This document shows, in pieces, positions 40,301 to 52,558 of a stretch of DNA of 64,000 nt (position 1 is the first letter of the stretch; the number at the start of each line of letters is the position of its first letter). The notes under the pieces were generated by a model. The model made no database searches. It saw only the letters and a list, made by a program, of their open reading frames with translations, and was not told the DNA's origin. Location: contig NC_134029.1 in NCBI RefSeq assembly GCF_964204645.1, forward strand, positions 10,318,850 to 10,382,849, read 5' to 3'. The stretch comes from Tubulanus polymorphus (lineage: Eukaryota; Animalia; Nemertea). A program made the position numbers and the translations under genes.

Positions 40301-43300
40301 ATAATAATTGAATGAATAACGACACGAACATACTATTTTTGACGCCGTTAAAACCGTCGCAAAAATCGTTTTATACATTGCTCACTTGAATACGTTTATG
40401 CGTTAGGATGGCGTAGGAGTGGATGTGCACTACGTCAACAATATTGGGGCATCTATACAATAACACATATTGTGTTTATATTGTATTTAATGAAATATCA
40501 TAACTCTTATTTTCTTATTACTAAAATTAAATGTCTTTTTATTGGGGCATGTCGATAATTGAATTAAATGAAACTAGACTCAAATATCGATATATGCTTG
40601 TACGGAAGCGATAAGGGGCCTCGAGATGTCGCGTTCCAACTCGACAAGTCGCCATATTTATGTCGATATATCGCGATATATCGCGTCAAGTCGACATGAA
40701 TATGTCGACATATCGGGACGTTTTCACGACAAATTTCGCTTTTTCGCCCATTTTCCACGGGACAAGAAGTCATCTGAAGACACGTCTAAATGTAAGACGA
40801 GGACGCCAGTGATATGACGACTGAGTTTCAAGTCGTCATGAATATGTCGACTTGTCGCGAGGAAAATGGTCGTGAAAACGAAATATGTCGTCAAAACGTC
40901 ACGATATATCGACATATTCATGTCGACTTGACGCGATATATCGCGGTATGTCGACATAAATATGACGACTTGTCGAGTTGGAACGCGACATCTCGAGGCC
41001 CCTTATCGCTTCCGTATGCTTGCCACCAAAACGTAGCCAGTGGGATATGAACGAGGTATGCGGCCAGTATTGAAGGTAAAACGCCAAGCACCACGATGGA
41101 TTTCAGTTCTAGTAACAAATATCTTGTGGAATTTTCCCCGGTATTGTACTTGTCGTTGAATTATTCACTGTCGAATATTGAGCAATACAATTGCTATTTA
41201 AATAAACTTAAGACACGAAAATGCAGCAAAACTGTCATCGTACCTCTGACCAGATCGATTGTTCTTGTGATGATGGGCCACACGAGAGGAAACTACGGAA
41301 GCGATAAGGGGCCTCGAGATGTCGCGTTCCAACTCGACAAGTCGTCATATTTATGTCGACATACCGCGATATATCGCGTCAAGTCGACATGAATATGTCG
41401 ATATATCGTGACGTTTTGACGACATATTTCGTTTTCACGACCATTTTCCTCGATATGTCGACATATTCATGTCGACTTGACGCGATATATCGCGATATAT
41501 CGACATAAATATGGCGACTTGTCGAGTTGGAACGCGACATCTCGAGGCCCCTTATCGCTTCCGTACTGATCGGCCCATTTTGGGACGTAGATGTCTTGGG
41601 TAAATACATATCAACCTAGTATCTAAAATACCCATCAAAGCGAGTCCTAAAAGTGACAATACTGGCACAAAATCTAATTATATAGCAAATCAATTCAAGT
41701 TATTGGATAGAAACATCTTATGTTTATTTCGTTTATTAATCCGCTTTAGTGTTACGATAATTAGAATCCATGGGGTTTCCATGCCGAGCATAAAGGTGAA
41801 TTCACTAAATGATTATAATGTAATAGCTAAGCAATTGCGCGCAAAAAGTGACAGTATCCAAAGTGTGTTACACCTTAAAAAGGTTAGAGTTTTCCAGTTT
41901 TAAAATGTATGCCACACGAAGTGCATTCCAGCACGATATTACGGAAAACGAACTAAACGATTAACCCTAAACACGATTAACCATTAATACGATTTAAGTA
42001 GTCTCCAGCCAGAACAGTGACGAAAAACTTTCGTATATGCCTCAGTGATGATTACGATATAAGCATTCAAATGGCGCCTGGAAACTGGAAACTTCCCTAT
42101 TTCAATCATAATTCCTCTTTCGTCATACGAGGAACATTGAATACACAATGAGGATATTTGATAATTTGGAAAAATATGATTGATTGGGGGCGTTTTTTAG
42201 GCTTTTCGCTGCGGATAACTACATTTTATTTCCAGTTTTTAGAGTTTACTTACAAATTCGAAAAGGCTTAGTAACTCGAAAATCCTTTTACAACTTGAAA
42301 AGTTGACTTTTTTAGACGCGAACAGCCAGCTGCATTGCTCTTCCGTATCTAGACACTCGGGACTTAATAAGATAGTTAACGGTTTGTATCGTTTGACCTT
42401 GGGAAGAAACATTCCTCCCAAAGCCAACTTCAAAAAGAATAATAGTAAGAGAGCACATGGCTGTATTTCTAATGTGTACCTATCCCGTATTGTGCGTGTT
42501 CAACTGACGTAATCTTATCCGTAGCCAAGGCCAAAGGCGAATATCATTATCACACTCCCACTAAACAGGGCCGCAAATAATTGTTTTGATAATTTCATTA
42601 TTTTGATAATTCATATCTAAGCATCAAAATGCAAACGATGTGTTCAGTCTAGGAAATATTAGATTTTGGTTATTTCGAAATTCTAGGACAAGCTTAATAC
42701 TTACTAATACAATTGTGATTCGGTAGCACTTTGTAGTGGTTTGTTCGAAGATCGGTCAGTCGGCATTCCCATGTTCGAATCTGTATGCCAGGTCCACAAG
42801 TTTCACTACACGGACCAAGTAAGCCGACTTTCCACCTGGAAGTACAGTGACCTCAGAGAAAACCAAATAGTAGACACGGCTAAACGGCGTTCATCACTTT
42901 CATGTTTTCTACTTCAACCCCCTGAGTGCCACACGAGACCTTATTACGATAGCGGGTTCGATGTTTCTTTTTCCCAACTAATTAGGGACAGACCAGAGAA
43001 GGACTTTCGACCAAGAAGCTGCCGCCAACCCCGGATTGGTGAGACCAGCGCCCGGCAGCCTTAACCACTTTGCCACTGCACCTCTCTGAACTAGCGAATG
43101 CATCCTCGCTAGCCAGGGGTCAGTATCGCTTCCGAACTCCACCTGTCCCGGCTTCACGACGCGTGATTTCATTACCAGTGCTTTCGTGTGTGACGTCATA
43201 CAACACAGATGAATACAAAATTTGTCAAGTTGTGAAATTACTTCCTTTTTCGCTAAATATTCGCTGATTTGCTCATTTGTCCATTTCACCGAAAATTCAA

Positions 43301-46300
43301 AAGAAGCCTGATGTCGTTTGTTACAATTGCTGTGATTGGCCCGACTGGGTTGTGGTCGGCTGATAATGACTCCAACGAGTCACGAGGCCAAGGGTTCGGG
43401 AACGGCTTTAGCTTAGTGAGTTCGAATCCCTTGATGGGTGGATGTAACGAATGATTATCAGTAATATAGTTTATAGATCGTCGGTGATTTCAATTCTTGA
43501 CTTACTATTTACTAACCAACCATATTTAGACGTCATTCATTCTATATCTATCATATAGGGTATAATCAGTGTAAAAATATCGGAATAAATGGATTGAAAT
43601 CACGCCATGAAAACAACTCTTACTTATGGTACTCGTAACATAAAGTAAGATTCTATCGCTGATTATTTTTTCATTTTTGCTATAACAAAATTTCCTAATC
43701 AAAACGGCTCAAGTCCATTATAGCATTAAATAGTTCCAGCAGAGACTTATCACATTGGAACGGTATTTGGAATTAATCCGCCAATATTGGACTGATTGAA
43801 TCTTACGACATTACGCCATAGGGACGTGCGAACATACCGATATACCGACAAACCGACGAACCGACAAACCGACGAACCGACAAACCGACAAACCGACGAA
43901 CCGACAAACCGACGAACCGACAAACCGACATACCGACGAACCGACAAAAAGACAAATCCGTGCGTGGATTACCCTTATATAAAGTGGCTGGGATCGAGGG
44001 GCTGGGTGGTGCGTGGATTACCCTTATATAATGTGGCTGGGATCGAGGGGCTGTGTGGTTGAGTGGATTACCCTTATATAATGTGGCTAGGATCGACGGA
44101 CAGGGTTTTTCCGTGGATTACCCGTGGCTGGATCGAGGGCATACGAGTTTGTCGGTTTAACGGTATGTCGGTTTGTCGGTTCGTCGGTTTGTCGGTATGT
44201 CGGTTCGTCGGTTTGTCGGTATGTCGGTTTGTCGGTATGTCGGTTTGTCTTGAAAAATACGCAGCCGAATTACTCCTTTTCTAAAAATGTATCCTTGAGC
44301 GGGAACTATTCCACGCTATACTGGACTTGAACCATCAAAACCATCCAGTCACAATCTTTATCAGTATGACCTTAAGTTCTATGACCCATAATATTTCGTT
44401 ATGAATAACTTAGATCAAGTGGAATTCTAGATTTGAATCAAATGGTCCATACAGAAATATTTCAGAAGTGTAAAAGGATTTTTTACAGAATGCCTACACT
44501 TAGACATCGCTGACAATTGTTTACATGTGGATAGCATACTCAAGAAATTAACTCCAGAAAAAAACCTGAACTATCAACACTGCCTAAACACTTACAACAA
44601 CTCACATTTTGGTCCTGCGGGATATTTACCCAAACACCAGGTTGCCACATTAGAAAATAACTGCTAACAATTGAAATATACTAACAAATGGATCTATATC
44701 TGCGCTATATATTGTAAATCTTACCCAGTTTCATGTGTGGCAGCGGGTTGGTCACCTACCATTCCATCGACGCGCATTGGTTTCTTAGCTTCTTCGTCAT
44801 GTGAAACAGGTGAAATTGAAAGATCTGAGGGGCACTTGACGTTTGTGTGACACGGTATGCTCGTTAAAGGTTTTGTCGATATTGGGCAGTGATCCTTGTA
44901 CTTGGATCCACATCGCACTTTTCTGTATCGAATCCCTGCACCACAGGGCACGGAACACTGAAAATGGATATTCACATGATAAATAATACAAATCGGATGT
45001 TTGCTTTTATGATACTTAATTCATGAACAATTCCCAAATAAACAAAATATAAAATTCTCAATACCGGAGACCATTTCGCCACTTTCCACTTCGGACATGC
45101 TTGACGCCGGCACGGTCGACTTGCAATAGGAGGGGTTTTATTGCAGGTAGTTTCGTTAACTTTCGTATGATTACCGTCGGGTAACAAGTATACACACGTT
45201 CGCGTGCGTGTCGTAAGTCCCGTTCCACAGTTTGCCGAACACGGTCTCCAGGTCCCTAAAAGCCAACTGATAATAGAAATATAGATATCTATAAACATTG
45301 AAACGCATATCATGTATTACTAACTAAAACCGTATTTAAAACAGGCGCGGTATCATAAAAAAACGCATCATTGTTTTCGACACGTTATGAAAATCGTGCA
45401 AGATTGATCAGAAAAATTACGCTAAATAATTCAATTTGGGAAAGATATATTAGATGCAACAATTGAACAATTGTTTTTAAGTTTGAGTCACACACCTGGC
45501 TTCGCAAGCTCTTCGTTCACACTTGATTATTTTTCGTTCTGGTTTTTTTCCTTGGTCACAATGCATTGTCTTCACTCGCTTATCCTTTCTGATGTCTTTG
45601 CAATAGAAAGACGTCGTTTGTCGACCTGATTATGAAATATTTGGACTGTATTGTCATTGATTATTGATTGGTGAACTTTCTTTAGCTCGAGAACGTGACG
45701 CTTTTATAACTAGCGTAATTCGTCGTCACATTATCGTATGTATCTGGATTTCTTCTAAAAAGAAAATTGTCCAGCAAAAAGCTTCCTATATATCGAACGG
45801 AAATTCAGCATAATACAGCTAATTGGAAACGAAAACGGTACTAACGCACTAGCTATTACCGAATATAACACATTCTACGTAATTAGTCTAGCCAAACTTT
45901 TTCCAAGCGTTTAAAAACAAACCAACAAATATAAAACTAAGAACTAACGGTAAATTCATATCATGTCTACTTCAAAAGAGCTTTGTTACATCAACAAACA
46001 CAAAAAGATGTTCCTTTTACCTTCCGTGTTATTTGTTCCTTCAGTAAGCAAGAAATATAACACATTAAAAATCATACCTACTCTGTTTATGTTACATGCA
46101 CCGTGATATACGTGTTATCATGGCAAATAAGCAGTCAAATTAAAACATCAGCGCTGAAGGATGCTAAAAAGCGACACCAGAATATATATTTCCTCGAATA
46201 TGGTTTATTCAATTCCCCAAACAAATAATTCATCAATGTTGATACAATGTCTGGTCTTACATCTCAGCTGTTGTGTAATATTCGGATTTTTACTTACCAT

Positions 46301-48363
46301 TTTTCTCATTCATCGCATTTGAAAAAGGCAGTTACGGTGTTACGTAAAGGCTATATACATATCATTTGAATTGAATATTCAATCAACTCAACGTGTACAC
46401 GACACAAACATTATCCACTAAAATCACTTCAAGAGAAATATATACGTTGTTTACTTTCCCTCAGTTTTATTCTGCGATTTGTTATTGTTTTATTTGTAAG
46501 TGTATAATCTTCTGTCTAGACATTTCTTTTTGAATATCATACAGAACTATTATACATCTCTTTAAGAGTCGATCGCAGCGGATAGAAATAGCGTGGGATT
46601 CCATTCATCTATCATGTAAAACTAGAGACCAAGTGAACGTAACTTCGAAAATACGTAGTTTCGAAAAGTTTCGTTAAGCATATTTGAAAACAATTCATTC
46701 CATTATGCTGTATGCTTGAATATATTCCCTATGTGAGGGATATGGAACTGATCGGCGGTGGATTTTGTGGCTGTGGAGATCATTAAAAAATGTGTTGTTA
46801 CCTACACCACAGGAGACCGTGCAGGGCGTCAATACGGTCTCTTGCCATACGTATCTGGGTTTCTCACATGTTTCACCTTGACCTCCGCATATTCCACATT
46901 CATCTTCCAATTTATCGGAGCCTAATATACCATCACAGCCTATATTCTAAAAGGCAAAAGTCTAATGTATTTGAATCATGTTATATCGGTAAATTAAACA
47001 TATTTTGAGGCATAGATTCTTACCGGGCACTTTTATAAATACTATAGTGAAATTATCCTTTTTATAGCACAGGGATGACTTCCTTTGGTATTGCTACCTG
47101 GATTAATTACAGGGCAATACCCCTAATGGGCACAGCTCTTATGGCTTGGCGTTGTCCTTTTCATTCATGTGCCTATTCATTTATGAAACCTAATTCTGTA
47201 CATATGATTATCATTAATACTCTCACTATTAAACTTGGATTGACGGCGATTTTTGCTTAATACAGACAGGGGTCGTTCGATGTGTATTATATACTAATAC
47301 CGGGTGCGTACACGGCTCTCGTGCCAAATATATAAATGTTTGTTAGTCCTGCATATCAAAATCGATGATATCCTTGTTGTTTGAGAATTAAAAAATTCGC
47401 GTCGATAGAGTTTCAAGGTGCAGTAAAACTATTTTGAATTTGAGTTTTGGTCTATTTATTCGCGAATTTAATGAAGAGAATGAACTTACACGACAGGTTC
47501 CGTTGATGCACATGCCACTCAATTCTCCAAGACACCAGTATCCATCAGGGACTTTCAGTGCCATTTTCGCTATAATATTGTGTCCCAAAGCGCGGCAATA
47601 AAGACTGCACGGGTTGCCTCCCGCAAGACCCGTTGATAGCCATTCAAATTTTCCCCGATGAGAGGCCGCATTGAGGCGACCACAGAGATAATCGCGTTGG
47701 TTTATTGTCCCACTGGAACAAGGCTGAAAATATGAAAAATTAGCCTACATAAAATCACTGGGTACAAATTGATAATACTGTATAGAGTAGACTTTAGATA
47801 ACGCAAGAAAGTTTACGTCACTGGTTTGAGCGACATATCCAAGAGTTCGTGAAATTCCTGGCACAGACGTTCGTTGTTTTGTAGCTCGAAAAATAGTTTC
47901 TTTTTTTTATTAGGCAATGTACGTGATTACCGTCAGAAATGTTAAGTAGCAAAGACTGCAAGATCATCAGCTTCACAGAATCAATCAATTGTTGAGGGTT
48001 GACTTCAAATATTTAAATTCTCCAACTCTCACATTAACGATTTATATTGAAATTGCTTACGCTTGGTGTAAATTTGATAGTTTTATCCAAATATCCTACA
48101 CTTATTGAAAGATATGTCACGCTGAACATGCATCATCTATTTCACATGGTGATTATTTATGAATATTTATACGCACATTGCATCGGGAAATAGTTCGAGA
48201 AAATTACCTGAATATTACAAACAGAATACTGAACGGTATCACCATTACACGACGATGCAAGACAGGATCTGATTTGTTTTTTTACGCCCCCGCCGCATTC
48301 CGCCGTACACTCAGACCACTCGCTCCACGGGGTCCAATTATCACAACCGACTAGAATTACCAC
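28218..48363 (-). CDS. madd-4: ADAMTS-like protein (MADD-4/punctin, ADAMTSL1/3 type), whole gene span, at least 14 coding exons
   Basis: The 14 exons total 3024 nt with all intron phases consistent. They encode TSP1, a Cys-rich module, 7 TSP1, an Ig domain, 3 TSP1 and PLAC, with no metalloprotease domain. Confidence 0.9.
30463..30610 (-). CDS. madd-4: ADAMTSL exon, TSP1
   Basis: CSRTCGGRGIQSRSLHCVW..KPCYTTACEP; AG/GT borders, phases 0 and 1. Confidence 0.9.
31530..31940 (-). mobile_element. Diverged partial HINE-like copy
   Basis: Shares CCATCTTGAGTCC, GCCATC.TGATTCTGA, AAACCAAAT.TCAAGAC and the GGGCTAAAAA end with 33670-34219. Confidence 0.6.
32017..32196 (-). CDS. madd-4: ADAMTSL exon, TSP1
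   Basis: CPNTCVRYHMAMQHR..CTPVWLLSTWSQ; phases 0 and 0. Confidence 0.9.
32957..34219 (-). mobile_element. Helentron/HINE-like non-autonomous element with about 4 x 154-bp tandem repeats
   Basis: Minus strand: TTTTTAGCCC..GGGCTA subterminal IR, (CGTC)-type microsatellite, GC hairpin and TT end. CACCACAAT at 33079, 33233, 33387 and 33541. Confidence 0.75.
34423..35295 (-). CDS. madd-4: ADAMTSL large exon: TSP1, Ig domain, TSP1
   Basis: CAPACGKG..; Ig motifs IRCPV..WLKNG..DTGKYTC; WQQCSRSCNGTG; phases 0 and 0. Confidence 0.93.
35335..35750 (-). mobile_element. Partial HINE-like copy
   Basis: CATGCCCAC, ATTCAACACCCCCTGGTGA and CCTTGAAACTCACCA are shared with the 32957 element. Confidence 0.6.
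36323..36533 (-). CDS. madd-4: ADAMTSL exon, TSP1
   Basis: WHMEPWGECGVTCGSG..WIAGRWSK; phases 2 and 0. Confidence 0.9.
38002..38131 (-). CDS. madd-4: ADAMTSL exon, TSP1 half, with a GC donor
   Basis: LRTAVVECVRD..RPCNEIPCPP; ends AG|GCAAGT. Confidence 0.85.
38332..38484 (-). CDS. madd-4: ADAMTSL exon
   Basis: KPRPPDLQSCNLAKC..YLWRYARFKPCSASCLG; phases 1 and 1. Confidence 0.88.
40601..41016. mobile_element. Palindromic MITE, IS3EU-like, subfamily C
   Basis: TIR of about 150 bp starting TACGGAAGCGATAAGGGGCC; 6-bp TSD TGCTTG (40595-40600, 41017-41022). Confidence 0.9.
41294..41565. mobile_element. Second subfamily C copy, inverted and internally deleted
   Basis: Same TIRs with the arm-diagnostic bases swapped relative to the 40601 copy; no TSD. 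Confidence 0.9.
42705..42835 (-). CDS. madd-4: ADAMTSL exon, TSP1
   Basis: WKVGLLGPCSETCGPGIQIRTWEC..NHNCI; phases 2 and 1; GTAAGT donor. Confidence 0.88.
42890..43090 (-). mobile_element. Possible degenerate tRNA-derived SINE
   Basis: A-box-like GTGGCAAAGTGGTTAAGGC on the minus strand; only a weak B box. Confidence 0.3.
43833..44249. repeat. Inverted octamer arrays (ACCGACRA)n flanking 4 x about 50-bp tandem units
   Basis: Left array 43833-43945; reverse-complement array 44147-44249; GTGGATTACCC at 43964, 44013, 44063 and 44113. Confidence 0.85.
44725..44957 (-). CDS. madd-4: ADAMTSL exon, TSP1 plus linker
   Basis: CSVPCGAGIRYRKVRC..; phases 0 and 2. Confidence 0.9.
45065..45266 (-). CDS. 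madd-4: ADAMTSL exon, TSP1
   Basis: WLLGTWRPCSANCGTG..WKVAKWSP; phases 2 and 0. Confidence 0.92.
45496..45625 (-). CDS. madd-4: ADAMTSL exon, TSP1 half
   Basis: RQTTSFYCKD..HCDQGKKP..CERRACEA; phases 1 and 2. Confidence 0.88.
46802..46946 (-). CDS. madd-4: ADAMTSL exon: end of Cys-rich module and start of TSP1
   Basis: IGCDGILGSDKLEDECGICGGQGETC-EKPRYVW..PCTVSCGV. Confidence 0.92.
47490..47723 (-). CDS. madd-4: ADAMTSL exon, Cys-rich module
   Basis: NPCSLYCRA..KVPDGYWC..MCINGTCR; phases 0 and 0. Confidence 0.92.
48208..48363 (-). CDS. madd-4: ADAMTSL exon: end of signal peptide and first TSP1
   Basis: VVILVGC-DNWTPWSEWSECTAECGGG; an alternative acceptor at 48350 is possible. Confidence 0.88.
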
Positions 48364-49922
48364 CTAAACATAGATAACATCGATTACTGTTTATGCGATG
48401 TATAAATAGGATAAAAACATCATCTGCGCACAAGAAGTTTCATAAGTAATGAATCATAAAAACGCTTGTGGTATTCTCGACCATCATAATTTCTGATTAA
48501 ATAGTTATCTTTGCCGTGATCAATTGATCTTGCATAAACAGAACCTATTGTTAAGTATCAACTTCAAAGTATCATTCGAAATGATTTAATGCCCAAATGC
48601 GAAAATTTCTCTATCAGTCAATTCTCTCATAGTTTTTCAGTTCGTCAATAGGTTCAACTGTAAATGCATGATTTACTGAGGCTGGCAAAATGCGAAACAT
48701 GCGACTACTGAAATCAATTCGAGGGCTTTATTCTGAAATGCAATCAAATTAATCTCCTGGAAGTACGTAGAATACCGAAGAAATTCCATTCGCTGAATTA
48801 AAAGAGTGGTTTTTTATTCGTTTTTTATTGAGGTTATGGATCAACTTACGAGACTTAAAAATTCAAAAATCTAATGGAATGTATTCAATGGGAGCGGTTT
48901 AGAGTTGAAAGAACCTTCTATATTTATGAAGGCTTATGAAATATAAATCAGGGCGCTCAAATAGAAGAAGGTTATTACATGACATAAACAAGTTTTCTCT
49001 TAAATCCGTTTTTGCGTACTAAGAAACAACCTTTTTAGCACCCCTAGTTTTGTCTCTTGTTTTAGTGTGGGTACCAGCATGAAGTTATTTTTTGTTCGCG
49101 CGTCAAAACTGAATCCTACTTATCACTTTTCTCGGCGTTGCATTTTAGCGCCCTCGTTGACAGATCACTAAGGAGATTTACGTTTTGACTTCACAGTGAA
49201 GAAGGTTTGATCGAAACGTTATAATTTTCTAATCGTTTACTTAACGAATAATCATTGGGTGTTCGTGAGTTTCTTAAGTATCCTAAATCTCAATTAGTCC
49301 TAGATCTGAAAACAAGCGTTATAATCTCCATTACTTAACAGTAAATGTACTTTTATTTTTATTCAAATACTGATATCATTGCATGGTCTTTTTCAGCGGT
49401 GAGTTACGATTAACGTCACTGCGTATCGTATATCAAAGTAGATGGAAAAATGCGCACACGTAATTATCCGTGGCAGACAGCAATATATCGCATCCAGAAC
49501 GCGATGGAAGGTATACGTTTTTTTGTTTCGTTTTGTCTATTAATTGCAAGCGGTTGGACAGAACTCGGTCGTCATGTAGTCCACAATTACGCAGCGATTA
49601 ACGTCGTGCTTACAATTAAAAATGCTATTAACATACCATAATTATATAAATATGTTGTTTATATCCTATTAGATATTTCATTACTGTGACGAGTAATAAT
49701 TTCGGTCAAAAAATTCTAAGGAGATATTTTTGAATTCGATAAGGTAATTATAGGATTCCAGCGGAGACTTCGTCGTCTGATAAAGTTACTAGCGTGAACC
49801 CGTAAAAAACACTGATGGAACAGAATATTACGATGTAGCTTATGCGTATTATTGATGACCAAAATCCTGTGAAAGGTAATAAAATATAAATCTTTCTACC
49901 CAATGACAACTTATATATGTAC

Positions 49923-49949
49923 TGCGATAAGACTCATGCGTGAAAGCAT
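49923..49949 (-). CDS. Candidate ADAMTSL start exon (MLSRMSLIA)
   Basis: Joins in phase 0 to VVILVGC to give a signal-peptide-like N terminus; the donor GTACAT is weak. Confidence 0.3.
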
Positions 49950-50030
49950 AGCCGCAAATGTATATCTTTCCCTGAACCGTAACGCACTTATCCGTTCAAA
50001 AATAAAGTGCAAGGCAACGCAACACCAACA

Positions 50031-50159
<129 letters not shown>

Positions 50160-52366
50160 TACTATGCATACTATGCAGTCTCCGTTCCGGAGACAATCGC
50201 AGATATCAGTCACAATCTGAACAAAGCCCAACTTCAATGCTGCCTGCTCGGCGATTATCAAATTACCTATGGCCCTTTATCACGTGCCAAAAATATTCAC
50301 CGAAACCATGTAACATGTCCATTCAACATTTGCGAAACAATTCTGGACTGCGAAATTTTATGCGGATATCAATACAGTTATCTTTATTAGTGCCGGCACC
50401 CGTTGTTTGGCAATTTCTTTTTCATTTGAATCATGAATAAGTCAACGTATACGTCGTATACGTCAAAAGTGCATATCATGCGATGTCTTTCACGAGATGG
50501 GAGACAGACGCAGCAGCTGACATACGTAGGTTGCTTATAAAAAGAGCCTTATATTTAACGTTTCGCAGGGATTGATTAACTACGAGGAACAATAAACATG
50601 AGATAGAGCTGCGATGCGGCGATAACGGGTTTTCTGCGCAGCTGCACCGTGCGCATTTAGAATGAAGGAAATTCTGGGACACCGTGGTCGAATAAAACTA
50701 AAGAGACAGAAATACAATGAAACTCGTTATGCAATATCATTAATACAAGTAGGAATAAAAAGTTTAATTGTGTCAAATAAATTCCGACATCAATAAATTT
50801 AATATCAATTTTTGAAAGAAATAAACGTGAATTGATTCGATCCGGCTTTTATCGTGGGATTCGAACAAGATGATATAATGAAAGCGACTCAACTGTGTGG
50901 TTATGATATAGTAACAGCAAAAACCGTTATGTTTCCAATGTCTCTTACGCATGCACAATGATAAGCGGTAGAAAATCGTTGAATCGACACTTTTGGGTTC
51001 CAGTCATTTTATGTTATTTCATTAACAAAAAAATATTGATCAAAATATATTTATCGAAATACCACATGAAAATCGTGGATTCGAAAAAGATCAGTATATT
51101 TAATTTGTTCGGGATACAAAACTTATAGCCCGACACCAAAGTCATCCATAATATACATGCGATGACGCCTGCGCACTCAGCCGATATCTCGTCTTTCCAG
51201 CGCTTATTAATGCGCATGCGTTAGAGACGGAACACGGTTTTTGCGTAGTAACGTTAAAATGTTCTTTATCAACTAAGTTTCCATCCAATTTCAGTAATAA
51301 AACATTACGTACATGTATTATATCAAATGACTACCGATTTCAATGTCTTCGAGTTGGTTTAACTAAAAGATAGGTAATGCGCGGAAATCTCTCCGTGAAC
51401 ACAATTGAAAACCGCTCCTCTGCAATCGGGCGCCACTCTGAAGGAATGTAAGCCTCCAGATTCCAGGAACTAACTTCCGTGTAACTTGTCAAACAACTTG
51501 CGGCAACACGTTGACGAAAATAAAGAATATTGAATTGATTTTGAGTGGCAATCAGTCTCTCTACTTAAGGCTGGCTTATGTCGACAAGCAACGCGACGCC
51601 TACCGACTCCTACCGACGCAACTGAGAGCAACCGCGATCGCAGCCCAGCTTATGTCGACTGCGCTCCGATTCCCAGCAACTGCGGTCGACTTGCGGGATA
51701 CGATATCGGACCAGTTGCTTCACTGCTTATGTCGGTTACGATTACTGGCAACTGCAACGGCTCAGATGGTCTACTATGATTTTGTGAGTTGCAAACCCAT
51801 ACGTAGAATTTTTAAGACCTTTAGGAAATTAAGAAATTGTAGTACATTTTCGTAACTCGGATCAAACATTTCAAGATCTTTCCGTTTTAACTGAATACGT
51901 GCCTTTTCGACGCATCTTCGTTAATCATTGAAACATAGAACGGTAAAACATAGAACAGAGAAGTTACTTTATACCAATTTATACCAAGTTATTGCCAAGC
52001 GATCAGCTCGAGTACCATGGACTAAAAAAATGGAGTCAATGGCATTGCATAATGTACGTAGTCGTTTGCATACCGGACATACAATTCAAATTCAATATGC
52101 TTTGAGCGCTGAGGACAAAATAACTGGTGTCGAACATCCTCTTTGACCGTCCGATACAGATGAGTTGATTGTAGTACACTTTGGTTTGACATAGCTTGCA
52201 GCTTCGCGCGTGACGCTAAAAGAGATCGTTTGAGTAGGATTTTTTATCACGCTATATGTGAATTAATAATTTTAAGAGAAAATATTTTTTTCATTCCGAC
52301 AAGTGCTGATAGAAATATAAATCGTGTTTTGTATATAATAGAATACATTTATAACATCGTTTAAAA

Positions 52367-52558
52367 CCCTTTCAGTGCGTCTTCACCGCATTGCGGTGTA
52401 TAAATCGACGATGGATTTTGCTAGTATACACCGCACTGCTGTAATTAGTAGTTAGTCCTTATCTCTATTGAAAAATGGAATCACCTGTCAAAGTGAAATA
52501 TTAGTAACGATACACCGATACTGATACGCCGCACCACGGTGTAGACGCACTATAGCGG
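52367..52558. mobile_element. Short degenerate TIR element (piggyBac-like left end)
   Basis: CCCTTTCAGTGCGTCTTCACCG / CGGTGTAGACGCACT. Confidence 0.45.

Noticed and set aside
43010-43460. tRNA genes (A-box near 43070, B-box GAGTTCGAATCCC near 43418)
   Set aside because: No cloverleaf can be folded, and the boxes lie on different strands; at most SINE remnants.
43750-44330. Repetitive ORFs (TDEPTNRQ, SVCRFVG)
   Set aside because: Translations of the octamer arrays.
49503-49641. Plus-strand signal-peptide-like ORF (MEGIRFFVSFCLLIASG)
   Set aside because: It is short, has no downstream plus-strand exons, and T-rich sequence explains the hydrophobicity.
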